DNA of 32,000 nt from Pseudoalteromonas translucida KMM 520. GTDB lineage: Bacteria; Pseudomonadota; Gammaproteobacteria; Enterobacterales; Alteromonadaceae. This document shows positions 1-8,957 of the stretch, in pieces. Both the position numbers and the translations under genes were made by a program. Every line of letters begins with the position of its first letter. Within the stretch, counting starts at the first letter, position 1. The notes beneath the pieces were generated by a model, which saw only the letters and a list, made by a program, of their open reading frames with translations, was not told where the DNA came from and ran no database searches. The stretch covers positions 1,230,001 to 1,262,000 of the forward strand of contig NZ_CP011034.1 in assembly GCF_001465295.1 (NCBI RefSeq), given 5' to 3'.

Positions 1-1
1 A

Positions 2-1288
2 CTTGCTAAAATTAAACTGTTTGTTGAAAAAGTGCGCAGTGGCAAGTGGTTAGGTTACAGTGGTAAGCCAGTAAAAGATGTAGTAAGTATAGGTGTAGGT
101 GGTTCAAACCTTGGCCCGCAAATGGCAACCGAAGCATTAAAAGCGTTAAGTGACGATACCTTAAATGTACATTATGTGTCGAATGCTGACGGGGTACAAA
201 TTGCCTCGGTATTAAAAAACATTGATGCAGAAACAACCTTGTTTGTTATTGCATCAAAAACGTTTACCACGTCAGAGACAATGACCAACGCTAAAACAGC
301 GGTTGATTGGTTTTTACAAACAGCTAAAGATAACGCCGCTATTGCTAAGCATTTTGTTGCGGTGAGCACTAATTTAGAAAAAACAGCCGAGTTTGGCATT
401 AGTAACGATAACGTATTTACTATGTGGGATTGGGTTGGTGGTCGCTTTTCATTATGGAGTGCCATAGGTTTACCGATTGCATTATATGCAGGGTATGACG
501 CTTTTGAAGCAATTTTAGAGGGTGCATACGAAGTTGATGAGCACTTTAAAAACGCGCCATTAGAGCAAAATGTTCCGCTTATTATGGCATTGTTAAGCGT
601 GTGGAATACCAGCTTTTTAGGTTACACCTCGCAAGCTATTTTACCTTATGACCAAGCGCTGCACATGTTGCCTGCGTACTTACAACAAGGCGAAATGGAA
701 AGTAACGGCAAGCATGTTAACTTTGCCGGTGAAACTGTGCCTTATACAACAGTGCCAATTATTTGGGGTATGACGGGGATTAACGGGCAACATGCATTTT
801 ACCAATGTTTGCATCAAGGTAATGTGATTGTACCGGCTGATTTTATTGCCTCAATTAAGCCGCAAGTAAGCGTTGATAAACATCACGATATTTTATTATC
901 GAACTTTTTTGCGCAAACAGAAGCATTAATGAATGGCGTAGATGAGCAAGAGATCACCGCAGATTTAACCGCTAAGGGTAAATCTCAGGCGCAAATAGAT
1001 GAGTTACTAAAGCACAAAATCCATCAAGGCAACCGCCCAACTACCTCTATGTTACTAGATAGCGTAGACGCTAAAACGGTAGGGCGCTTAATTGCATTGT
1101 ATGAGCATAAGATTTTTTGCCAAGGCATTATTTTAGAAATTTGCTCATTTGATCAATGGGGTGTTGAGCTAGGTAAAGGGTTAGCATCAAAAATAGAAGC
1201 TGAGTTAGTTGATGAGCGCGTAAAATATGCTCATGATAGTTCAACTAATGGCTTAATGGCGTATTATAAGCAACATCGTACGCAGTAA
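2..1288 (+). CDS. pgi: glucose-6-phosphate isomerase (5' end lies outside the window)
   Basis: The reading frame is open from the window edge, with no stop in frame 2 before the first ATG at 32. The translation (..VRSGKWLGYSGKPVKDVVSIGVGGSNLGPQM.., IASKTFTTSET, GINGQHAFYQ, YEHKIFCQG) aligns by eye with about the C-terminal three quarters of E. coli Pgi. Confidence 0.95.
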   Translation, partial: LAKIKLFVEKVRSGKWLGYSGKPVKDVVSIGVGGSNLGPQMATEALKALSDDTLNVHYVSNADGVQIASVLKNIDAETTLFVIASKTFTTSETMTNAKTAVDWFLQTAKDNAAIAKHFVAVSTNLEKTAEFGISNDNVFTMWDWVGGRFSLWSAIGLPIALYAGYDAFEAILEGAYEVDEHFKNAPLEQNVPLIMALLSVWNTSFLGYTSQAILPYDQALHMLPAYLQQGEMESNGKHVNFAGETVPYTTVPIIWGMTGINGQHAFYQCLHQGNVIVPADFIASIKPQVSVDKHHDILLSNFFAQTEALMNGVDEQEITADLTAKGKSQAQIDELLKHKIHQGNRPTTSMLLDSVDAKTVGRLIALYEHKIFCQGIILEICSFDQWGVELGKGLASKIEAELVDERVKYAHDSSTNGLMAYYKQHRTQ

Positions 1289-1587
1289 AAAATTAGCTTA
1301 GTAACATAAGCAACCAAATACCTTTGAACGGGTAGCGCTGGTGTACTTAGGGACTGTATTTTTGTGAGAGGAATTACAGTTTCCTAAGGCCCATTTTAAA
1401 GCGCAGATGATAAAATTAAAAATAAATAGCCAGCAGTGCGGTTAAATAAAAAACATCATCATCACAGCATAACCAAGCAGGTTTTTGTGCAAATATATTT
1501 ATAAAAACCGACATCATTCAAGCAATAAACCGCTATATCTGATTACCTAACGGGTAGTGCCAGGTAGCACAAACGTAGAGAGTAACT

Positions 1588-3063
1588 ATGCTTAATCCTT
1601 TTGATATTATAATTTTTGGGGGCGGTGGTGATCTTGCGTTACGCAAATTACTACCTGCAATGTATCGAGCATATCAAGAAGGTAATTTACCTGAAGGCTC
1701 ACGTATTTTGCCAACGGTACGCGAAGAAACCCAACGTGCTGAGTACATAGAAACAGCACACAAAGCCTTAAAAGAGTTTTTAGCAAAAGATGAGTTTAAT
1801 GCTAAAGATTGGAAAGCCTTTGCTACTTTTTTAGTACCTGTTGTTAGCAATGTAACAGCCCCTGACGATAACTGGGATGTGCTAAAAGGTATTTTAGATG
1901 AGCACGACAGCACTAAATCTCGCGTATTTTACTTATCACTACCACCTGCTGTATACGGCACTTGCTGTGAAATTTTATCTGTTAAAAACTTAATAACGCC
2001 TACTTCACGTGTAGTGGTTGAAAAACCTATTGGTTATTGTGGTGAATCTGCCGAGGCTATTAATGGAAAAATCGCCGAGTATTTTAGCGAAGAGCAAATT
2101 TTCCGAATTGACCATTATTTAGGTAAAGAAACCGTTCAAAACTTAATGGCACTGCGTTTTTCAAACTCGTTGTTTGAAAACATGTGGGATGCTAAATCAA
2201 TCGATAATATTCAAATTAGTATTTCAGAAACAGTGGGCCTTGAAACTCGTGCAGGCTTTTACGACAAAGCCGGTGCGCTGCGTGACATGGTTCAAAATCA
2301 CTTGTTACAACTGTTATGTTTAGTGGCAATGGAATCGCCTCATAAGCTTAATGCCAATAGTATTCGCAACGAAAAACTCAAAGTATTAGAAGCGCTGCGT
2401 CCACTTATTGGCAGCGACGTAGATAAAAATATTATTCGTGGTCAATATGTACCGGGTGACCTAAACGGTAAAATTGTACCAGGTTACTTAGAAGAGCTTA
2501 ATGAAGGTTCAAGTAAAACCGAGACCTTTGTGGGTATTCGAGCACATATTGATAACTGGCGTTGGGCAGGTGTGCCATTTTATTTGCGTACTGGTAAACG
2601 TATGGCTAAACGCTGTGCTGAAATTGTAGTGCAATACAAAAAAGTATCACACAATGTGTATGAAGACAGCGTTGGCGAAATAGAGCCTAACCGCTTGGTT
2701 ATTCGCCTGCAACCAGAGGAAACTATTCAGCTAACCTTGATGTCTAAACGCTTAGATAATCTTGAAATGCAGCTTGAGCCAGTAACGATGAATATTGAGC
2801 TTTCACAAGCCTATAGCAATGGTTTTCACTCAGATGCTTATAAGCGTTTAATGCTAGATGCAGCCGCTAATAATCCTTCGTTATTTATCCATCGTGATGA
2901 AGTACGCCAAGCATGGAAGTGGATTGATCCAATCATCGACCGCTGGCAAGAAAAAGGCAAACCGGCGCTTTATCGTGCAGGTAGCTGGGGCCCAGAAGAT
3001 GCAGACGAATTATTAGCAGAGAACAACCATGTATGGTTTAACACCGGTGATAAGGGAGCATAA
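1588..3063 (+). CDS. zwf: glucose-6-phosphate 1-dehydrogenase
   Basis: 491 aa. It has the N-terminal dinucleotide fold IIFGGGGDLALRKLLPA, the diagnostic RIDHYLGKE motif and a length typical of Zwf. AGAGAG lies upstream of the ATG. Confidence 0.95.
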   Translation: MLNPFDIIIFGGGGDLALRKLLPAMYRAYQEGNLPEGSRILPTVREETQRAEYIETAHKALKEFLAKDEFNAKDWKAFATFLVPVVSNVTAPDDNWDVLKGILDEHDSTKSRVFYLSLPPAVYGTCCEILSVKNLITPTSRVVVEKPIGYCGESAEAINGKIAEYFSEEQIFRIDHYLGKETVQNLMALRFSNSLFENMWDAKSIDNIQISISETVGLETRAGFYDKAGALRDMVQNHLLQLLCLVAMESPHKLNANSIRNEKLKVLEALRPLIGSDVDKNIIRGQYVPGDLNGKIVPGYLEELNEGSSKTETFVGIRAHIDNWRWAGVPFYLRTGKRMAKRCAEIVVQYKKVSHNVYEDSVGEIEPNRLVIRLQPEETIQLTLMSKRLDNLEMQLEPVTMNIELSQAYSNGFHSDAYKRLMLDAAANNPSLFIHRDEVRQAWKWIDPIIDRWQEKGKPALYRAGSWGPEDADELLAENNHVWFNTGDKGA

Positions 3064-3773
3064 TGGCAACTATAATTGAAAAGTTTTTTGATAGTAAAGA
3101 GGCGCTTACAGCAGAGTTGTCTGCAACACTTGAGCAATCATTGCGTGATGGCATAAGCAATGATGGCCGTGCAGTATTAATGGTATCGGGCGGCTCATCG
3201 CCTGCTGCGGCGTATAAGCATTTATCAACCCTTGATTTAAATTGGCAATATATTGATGTTGCTATGGTTGATGAGCGCTGGGTAGATGCGAGCCACGAAA
3301 AAAGTAACGAAGCATTTATTAACAGTACGTTATTACAAAATTATGGTGCTGCGGCTAACTTTGTTACGATGAAAAATAGCGCCGAGACAGCGCAGCAAGG
3401 CACTGCAGTGTGTGAAGCTGCCTATGCTGCGTTAAAACGCCCGTATGATGTGACTATTTTAGGTATGGGCCCAGATGGCCATACTGCGTCATTATTCCCA
3501 CATGCAGAGGGTTTAGACGTAGGCCTAAACTCGGATCAACTGGTGTGTGCAATTAATGCCATTGAAAGTGATGTAACTGGCAGTATTACTGAGCGTATGA
3601 CACTTACGTTAAACGCGATAGCGCAATCTAAAGTGGTTAAGCTACTTATTAGCGGTGATGAAAAGCTCGCTGTGTACAAGCAAGCTAAAGCGGGTGGAGA
3701 TGTAAACGACATGCCACTGCGCGCAGTGTTAAATCATCCAAGTATTAATATTGAGGTTTATTGGGCGCCGTAA
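3063..3773 (+). CDS. pgl: 6-phosphogluconolactonase
   Basis: 236 aa. The start overlaps the zwf stop (ATAATG), which suggests translational coupling. The motifs MVSGGSSP and ILGMGPDGHTASLFP are typical of DevB/Pgl-type lactonases. Confidence 0.9.
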   Translation: MATIIEKFFDSKEALTAELSATLEQSLRDGISNDGRAVLMVSGGSSPAAAYKHLSTLDLNWQYIDVAMVDERWVDASHEKSNEAFINSTLLQNYGAAANFVTMKNSAETAQQGTAVCEAAYAALKRPYDVTILGMGPDGHTASLFPHAEGLDVGLNSDQLVCAINAIESDVTGSITERMTLTLNAIAQSKVVKLLISGDEKLAVYKQAKAGGDVNDMPLRAVLNHPSINIEVYWAP

Positions 3774-3796
3774 CTTGCCCTAATAAATTCAATCAT

Positions 3797-3827
3797 AAAA
3801 AGCTGGTTTCAAATGCCAGCTTTTTTG
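3797..3827 (+). terminator. rho-independent terminator of the zwf-pgl operon
   Basis: AAAAAGCTGG-tttcaaatg-CCAGCTTTTT hairpin followed by a T-run, 24 nt after the pgl stop. Confidence 0.8.
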
Positions 3828-4231
3828 TGCGCGACTACTTAATGCGATTGATGTAATCCTTCTTGGCTAAAAAATCATTTAATCAGTAAAATACACTATT
3901 AATGACTGCAAAATTAGCCTACACCAGGTTAAGTAATCATTAACTCTCCTCTTAGTTTTTAGCTTAAAGTTAATGGCTACATTAAAATACAAAAGCAATT
4001 CCACAGTGGCCAAAATAAAACCTGCAGTGAATCAACCTTTAAAGTTACTTTAAACATTTGATCGTTTGTTTTTAACCATAAATATTTATCTGAATTCAAT
4101 AAAACGAGCTAAATTTTACATTGAATTTAAATTATATATTTCAATGACCTGAACCTGAGTCGAGTAAATTGCGATCAATAAGGTTATAAAAATGTAGCAA
4201 ATGTGTAATTTTGCGTGTATTGTTCGCTACA

Positions 4232-4261
4232 TAATGACAGCGTTGTCATTACCGCTAAATA
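4232..4261 (+). promoter_or_regulatory. candidate promoter with an overlapping near-palindromic operator (TAATGACAGCGTTGTCATTA)
   Basis: A 20-bp inverted repeat at 4232-4251 has a CG centre and one mismatched pair. ATGACA (4234-4239) serves as a -35-like hexamer, followed by a 16-nt spacer and TAAATA (4256-4261) as a -10. This lies 43-72 nt upstream of the receptor GTG. The core TGACAGCGTTGTC recurs at 7901-7913 on the other strand. Confidence 0.5.
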
Positions 4262-4303
4262 AAGTGATGAACAAAACTAACAAAATAATTCAAGGAGAAT
4301 CCT

Positions 4304-6922
4304 GTGTTTGCCAACAACTTTAAGAAGAGCTTATTAGCAGTAAATATCGGTCTTATAATGAGTGCTGGGTTTACTGGTGCTGTATTAGCAGCCGAAGAAA
4401 CTAAAGTGCAAGATGATGTGGAAGTAATTGAAGTACGTGGTATTCGTGCTTCAAATAAAGAAAACTTAAATGGTAAACGTTTTTCTAACGCTGTTGTTGA
4501 TGTTGTTTCGGCTGAAGATGTAGGTAAGTTTCCTGACGGTGATGTGGGTGAATCACTAGCACGCATTCCTGGTGTAAGTGTGTCGCGCCAATTTGGTCAA
4601 GGTCAACAGGTTTCTATTCGTGGTGCTTCGGCACAACTAACCCGTACTTTACTTGACGGGCACTCTGTTGCTTCTACTAACTGGTACGATCAACAAGCTG
4701 TCGATCGTAGCTTTAATTATTCATTATTGCCATCTGAATTAGTCGGCGGCTTAGAGGTTTATAAATCATCGCAAGCTAATTTAGTTGAAGGCGGTATTGG
4801 CGGTACAGTTATTGTTAACACACGTAAACCATTAGATTTAGAAGCCAATACTTTATACGCAGGAATTAAAGCCGATTACGGTACTATTTCTGAAGAAGCA
4901 GACCCTGAAATATCTGGACTATACAGCTGGAAAAATGATGATGAAACATTTGGTATTTTAGTTGCTGGGGCCATGTCTGAAATTCAATATCAACGTAATG
5001 GAATTGAATCATCAGGTGGTTGGAGTGGTGGCATGTCACCAACTACTTTTCAACAAGAACGTGAGCGCACTGCAATTAACGTAGCAATGCAGTATCAACC
5101 TACCGACTCATTACTTTTTGGTTTAAGCTTAACCAGTTTAGATTTTGGTGCTAATAACGCTAATACTCAAGTTATTATTTTCCCTGGTGAGGGTTCTTGT
5201 AAAGGCACTAATGCATCAGGTAATTGTGTCTCGCGTGAAATTAACGGCACAGGCACTGGTTTTTTCCAAACTTGGGTTCGCCAAGCAGAAATGGATTCAA
5301 AAACAGTTGATTTTGACTGGAGATATGAGGCAGAAAATTTCACATTTAAAGGCCGCATTGGTAATACCAGCGCTGAAAGCTCAGTAATTACTGCTAACTA
5401 TGGTGAATGGGCGAGCAATAACGCTGATTACAACGGCACAGTTGATATGACCGGTGATATTGTAAAGTATAATTTAGCTAACCAAGCATACGATTCAAGT
5501 ATTCTACCTAGCACTATGGGGCCTCAAACATGGGCACCGGAGTATAACCCCGATTCTGATGAAGAAACTTACTTAAATCTTGATTTTGAAATTCCGGTAG
5601 AAATTGGTGCAATTAATAGTATTAAAACAGGTTTTCGTTTTGCCGATCATAAAGTAGTGCAAGACGGTAACGGTGCTAATGTAAATGTGGCATTACGCCC
5701 AATGAGAGGCGCTGCTGAGTATTACCCTGGTACGGTTAACGCGGGCGGTGGTTTCATATTACCCGAGCCAAATATGGATTTGATGATTGCGGACTCGCTT
5801 GCAATGACCGAAGGTTATACACAACGACCACAATCATTCGGTACAGTAGAAGAAGAAAATACAGCACTTTATATAATGGCTGATTTTGACAGCGGCGGTA
5901 TTCGCGGTAACCTTGGTGTGCGCTATATTTCTACAGATATTTCATCTGATTATTACGATTTAAGCGACTCAGGTATTTATGCTACAACATTATCAACGGA
6001 TAAAGCAGATTATAGCGAGTTTTTACCAAGCATAAATGTTGTTATGGACTTAGCCGATGATGTGATTTTACGTGCCTCAGCAGCCCAAGTTATTTCTCGT
6101 CCAAATTATACAGATTTATTCGCAACTCGAAATTTAGCGGGTTACACAGATAACCTACCGAATAACGAAGTGCTGCAAACGGGTAATGTAGGCTTAAGCC
6201 CATTTAAGGCATTCCAGGCTGATATTGGTATTGAGTGGTACTTTAGTGGTGATGCTATGGTTAGCTTTACTTACTTCACTAAAGATGTAAGTTCGTTTAT
6301 CTCTACGCAGCAGCAAACTAAGCAACAAATAGGTATTGATATTCCAGTATACACAGAGAACCCTGACGCGGGCATTTCACCTTGTGGCGCTGGCATGAAC
6401 GATTGTTGGACAGTGAGTTCATCTACCAACGGTAGTGGTGGTTCGATTGAAGGTATCGAAATTCAAATTCAAGATGCTTTCGACAATGGTTTTGGTTACT
6501 CAGCTAACTATACTTATGCAGATGCTAAAGCCCCTGATACAAACTATCCAGACAGAGTTGGCGTATTTTCAGATTCATCAAAAAACACCTACAACTTAGT
6601 TGGTTATTATGAAAACGATGATTTTTCAGCACGTTTAGCCTATAACTGGCGATCAGAGTTTATTATTCGTGAAGCCCCAGGTTGGTATGGTAACCGTGAA
6701 CATCAGTCATTTGGTTCACTCGATTTCAGCGCCACATACTCGGTAACTGACTATTTAGATGTAACATTTGAAGGGGTTAACCTTACAGAAGAAGACAGTA
6801 TTCAGTTAGGTAATAATAATGCAGGAACATCATTGCCTAATCCTGATTTGTTAAATGACTTCCCTGTATGGAGCTTTGAAGGTGAGGCCCGCTACAAGCT
6901 AGGCGTTGCTTTACGCTTTTAA
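4304..6922 (+). CDS. TonB-dependent outer-membrane receptor
   Basis: 872 aa. The GTG start lies 7 nt after AAGGAG. There is a signal peptide (..GFTGAVLAAEE), a TonB-box-like segment DDVEVIEVRG and a plug region (FPDGDVGESLARIPGVSV, QVSIRG). The long Gly/Tyr/Asn-rich barrel ends in the aromatic terminus ..ALRF. Confidence 0.9.
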   Translation: MFANNFKKSLLAVNIGLIMSAGFTGAVLAAEETKVQDDVEVIEVRGIRASNKENLNGKRFSNAVVDVVSAEDVGKFPDGDVGESLARIPGVSVSRQFGQGQQVSIRGASAQLTRTLLDGHSVASTNWYDQQAVDRSFNYSLLPSELVGGLEVYKSSQANLVEGGIGGTVIVNTRKPLDLEANTLYAGIKADYGTISEEADPEISGLYSWKNDDETFGILVAGAMSEIQYQRNGIESSGGWSGGMSPTTFQQERERTAINVAMQYQPTDSLLFGLSLTSLDFGANNANTQVIIFPGEGSCKGTNASGNCVSREINGTGTGFFQTWVRQAEMDSKTVDFDWRYEAENFTFKGRIGNTSAESSVITANYGEWASNNADYNGTVDMTGDIVKYNLANQAYDSSILPSTMGPQTWAPEYNPDSDEETYLNLDFEIPVEIGAINSIKTGFRFADHKVVQDGNGANVNVALRPMRGAAEYYPGTVNAGGGFILPEPNMDLMIADSLAMTEGYTQRPQSFGTVEEENTALYIMADFDSGGIRGNLGVRYISTDISSDYYDLSDSGIYATTLSTDKADYSEFLPSINVVMDLADDVILRASAAQVISRPNYTDLFATRNLAGYTDNLPNNEVLQTGNVGLSPFKAFQADIGIEWYFSGDAMVSFTYFTKDVSSFISTQQQTKQQIGIDIPVYTENPDAGISPCGAGMNDCWTVSSSTNGSGGSIEGIEIQIQDAFDNGFGYSANYTYADAKAPDTNYPDRVGVFSDSSKNTYNLVGYYENDDFSARLAYNWRSEFIIREAPGWYGNREHQSFGSLDFSATYSVTDYLDVTFEGVNLTEEDSIQLGNNNAGTSLPNPDLLNDFPVWSFEGEARYKLGVALRF

Positions 6923-6945
6923 CGTATAGCTAATCTATATTAAAG

Positions 6946-6981
6946 AAGCCCAGCGTTTGTTTACGCTGGGCTTTATTTTTT
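6946..6981 (+). terminator. rho-independent terminator after the receptor gene
   Basis: AAGCCCAGCG-tttgttta-CGCTGGGCTT followed by TATTTTTT. Confidence 0.85.
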
Positions 6982-7079
6982 ATATCGTATAAATTTAAAC
7001 TGTGTGATTAGGTGGGTTGAGAGTAAGCAGTGCAGGGATTTAGCGAGTTATTACTATGTGCTTACTTGAAAGTATTAGG

Positions 7080-7799
7080 TTAAATAATTGGCTTAATACT
7101 GGCAAAAGAAGCTATTGATAACCTGCCTACTTTTGTGTCTTTACAATAACTATTAGTAGAGGTGATATTAGCACTGTGCAGCAAATTACCTTGGTAAATC
7201 ACAAGGCGATTAAATTTAGCTTCAATCTTTAAAACCTGTTCAAATAAACATGTTGTATCAACAATATAGCCTTTATGCTCTGAATGCTTTTGTTTAGCAT
7301 TATTAACCATGCTAGCGAGTAATGGCTTATCTGATTGTTTAAATTCGATAATGTTTTCAGGGGTATACTTGTAAATGCTAGTACCACCAAGATCTTTATC
7401 AGACAAGTAATGAACAAACGCATAATCTCTTTCATCACACGAATCAATATGAGGAATTTTTTGATCTATTAATAAATTAGCTGGTTTGCAGGCTATTAGC
7501 GATAACAAACACTTATGCACAACTACAGCATAATCACTTTTATTTGTGATGTCGGGTAATATATTACCTTCAAAAAAGGTTTGTAACAGCCTTAAATAAG
7601 GTTGCGGCATGTTGTCTCTAACACCCGGATAATATGAGTTATCTGCAAACATAGGGTGAAAGTAAGCAATATTGTGCGCAAAGTTCATTACGCTGGTCAT
7701 ATCTAATAAAAAGTCGTCAATAATATAAACATATAGCCTAGTGCCCGGGACTATAAGTTTTTTTATATTCATGTTTGGGTTTAGTGTTAAATTTTTCAT
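7080..7799 (-). CDS. hypothetical protein, possibly a 2OG-Fe(II)-oxygenase-like fold
   Basis: 239 aa with no signal peptide or transmembrane segment. It carries a candidate facial triad: HxD (KIPHIDS), a distal His (GNLLHSA) and a later RxS (GRLSI). From memory it resembles the DUF6445-type proteins that accompany SapC and TonB receptors; this is unverified. The gene is visibly AT-richer than its neighbours (20/60 G+C by hand count in 7081-7140). Confidence 0.6.
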   Translation of the reverse strand: MKNLTLNPNMNIKKLIVPGTRLYVYIIDDFLLDMTSVMNFAHNIAYFHPMFADNSYYPGVRDNMPQPYLRLLQTFFEGNILPDITNKSDYAVVVHKCLLSLIACKPANLLIDQKIPHIDSCDERDYAFVHYLSDKDLGGTSIYKYTPENIIEFKQSDKPLLASMVNNAKQKHSEHKGYIVDTTCLFEQVLKIEAKFNRLVIYQGNLLHSANITSTNSYCKDTKVGRLSIASFASIKPII

Positions 7800-7885
7800 T
7801 GGTCACATTTTATTTTTATAGTGAGTATATTTTATTAGTTATGAAAGAGTGATTTTAATTACCAAGAATTAATAAATTGTTAATA

Positions 7886-7915
7886 AATATACTCATCAAA
7901 GACAACGCTGTCAAA
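7886..7915 (-). promoter_or_regulatory. strong sigma70-type promoter with the same operator core as at 4232-4251
   Basis: The minus strand reads ccTTTGACAgcgttgtctttgatgagTATATTt. TTGACA occupies 7914-7909, followed by a 17-nt spacer and TATATT at 7891-7886. The near-palindrome TTTGACAGCGTTGTCTTT (7915-7898) overlaps the -35 and the spacer. This lies about 90-115 nt upstream of the ATG at 7799. Confidence 0.6.
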
Positions 7916-8129
7916 GGCGCTAGTACGACATTAACTAACCTTATCTATTTTTATAGCGTTTAAAATTGAGTGATTAGTTTGCTTTTTGAGCAAGTTTAGC
8001 TGTCTTCATCTTTAGTTTTGTTGGCAGACAAACCGTAACAAAATTTTCACTTCCTTTTTGTTGTTAAAAGCATTAGCCTAAAGGCATTAACAATGAATAG
8101 TATAATTTAAAAATAAACGGAGCAGTAAC

Positions 8130-8834
8130 ATGGCGGAGCAACAAGTACAGCCTTTACACAACGAAAAACATGCCAACACTAAAATTAAAAACGGCATCAA
8201 TGTAGAATTTATGAAAACGCAACATTTAGTGCCAGTAGTTGCACATGAATTTGCGCGTATAGCGAATGAATTTCCAATGTCTTTCGTTAAAAATAACGAA
8301 ACAGGTACTTTTCAAGCAGTTGCTATGTTTGGCCTTGAGCCAGGCGAAAACTTGTTTGTTGAAGGCGATAAGTGGACGGCAGCATTTGCACCAATGGCTA
8401 CGACTCGCTACCCACTAGGTTTAGTAAAACACCCAGATCAAGACCAATACGGTATTGTTATTGACGAAGCGAGCCCATTAGTTGGCGAAGAAGAAGGTAA
8501 TGCGTTGTTTGAAAACGGCGAAGAAACTGACTACTTAAAGCGTCGTAAAGAAGCATTAGTATCGTTTATAGAGTTTTCTCAGATCACAGATGCTTTTACT
8601 AAGTTTTTAGCTGATAAAGAACTTTTAGTAGCGCAAACGCTAACAGTTGATATTAAAGGCGAGAAAAAAGACATCAACGGTATTTACCTTATCGATGAGA
8701 AAAAACTTAATGAATTAAGTGATGCTGACTTTTTAGAGCTACGTAAACGCGGTTATTTAGCACCAATATATTCTTTTTTAACGTCTACGCATCAAGTAGC
8801 ACGTTTAGCTCGTTTAAAAGCGCAACAAGCGTAA
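8130..8834 (+). CDS. SapC-family protein
   Basis: 234 aa. The N-terminal pattern ..PLHNEKHANTKIK..FMKTQHLVPVVAHEFARIANEFPMSFVKN.ETGTFQAVAMFGLEPGENLFVEGDKW matches what I remember of SapC-family (PF07277-type) proteins found next to TonB receptors in Xanthomonas and Alteromonadales. TATAAT lies at 8101-8106 and a GGAG ribosome-binding site precedes the ATG. Confidence 0.8.
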   Translation: MAEQQVQPLHNEKHANTKIKNGINVEFMKTQHLVPVVAHEFARIANEFPMSFVKNNETGTFQAVAMFGLEPGENLFVEGDKWTAAFAPMATTRYPLGLVKHPDQDQYGIVIDEASPLVGEEEGNALFENGEETDYLKRRKEALVSFIEFSQITDAFTKFLADKELLVAQTLTVDIKGEKKDINGIYLIDEKKLNELSDADFLELRKRGYLAPIYSFLTSTHQVARLARLKAQQA

Positions 8835-8848
8835 TAATTTAAACCAGC

Positions 8849-8878
8849 AAAAAAAAAGCGCCTTTGGGCGCTTTTTTT
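8849..8878 (+). terminator. rho-independent terminator after the SapC gene
   Basis: AAAAAAAAAGCGCC-tttg-GGCGCTTTTTTT. Confidence 0.85.
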
Positions 8879-8957
8879 ATGTGTTTAAACTTACTTTACT
8901 TGATAAATAGTTAGCGACCATCCACATTGGTTTCACTGAAATTTATAAGAGCTCATT

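Noticed and set aside
1347-1387. HexR operator in the pgi-zwf spacer (CTGTA...TACAG).
   Set aside because: The two half-sites are separated by about 18 nt, far wider than the compact dyad I recall for HexR. It is more simply read as an imperfect hairpin after pgi.
3831-4231. Possible cobalamin or TPP riboswitch in the 470-bp region upstream of the TonB-dependent receptor.
   Set aside because: There is no B12 box and no THI-box arrangement. The isolated ACCTGA, CTGAGT and GCCACTG-like strings are in the wrong order or on the wrong strand. The region looks like plain AT-rich promoter DNA.
7929-7940. The 12-mer CATTAACTAACC is shared between the oxygenase-like/SapC intergenic region and the kinase/ygjP intergenic region (21689-21700).
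   Set aside because: It is AT-rich and non-palindromic, with no consistent distance to promoters. About one chance 12-mer match is expected among the intergenic sequences of this window.
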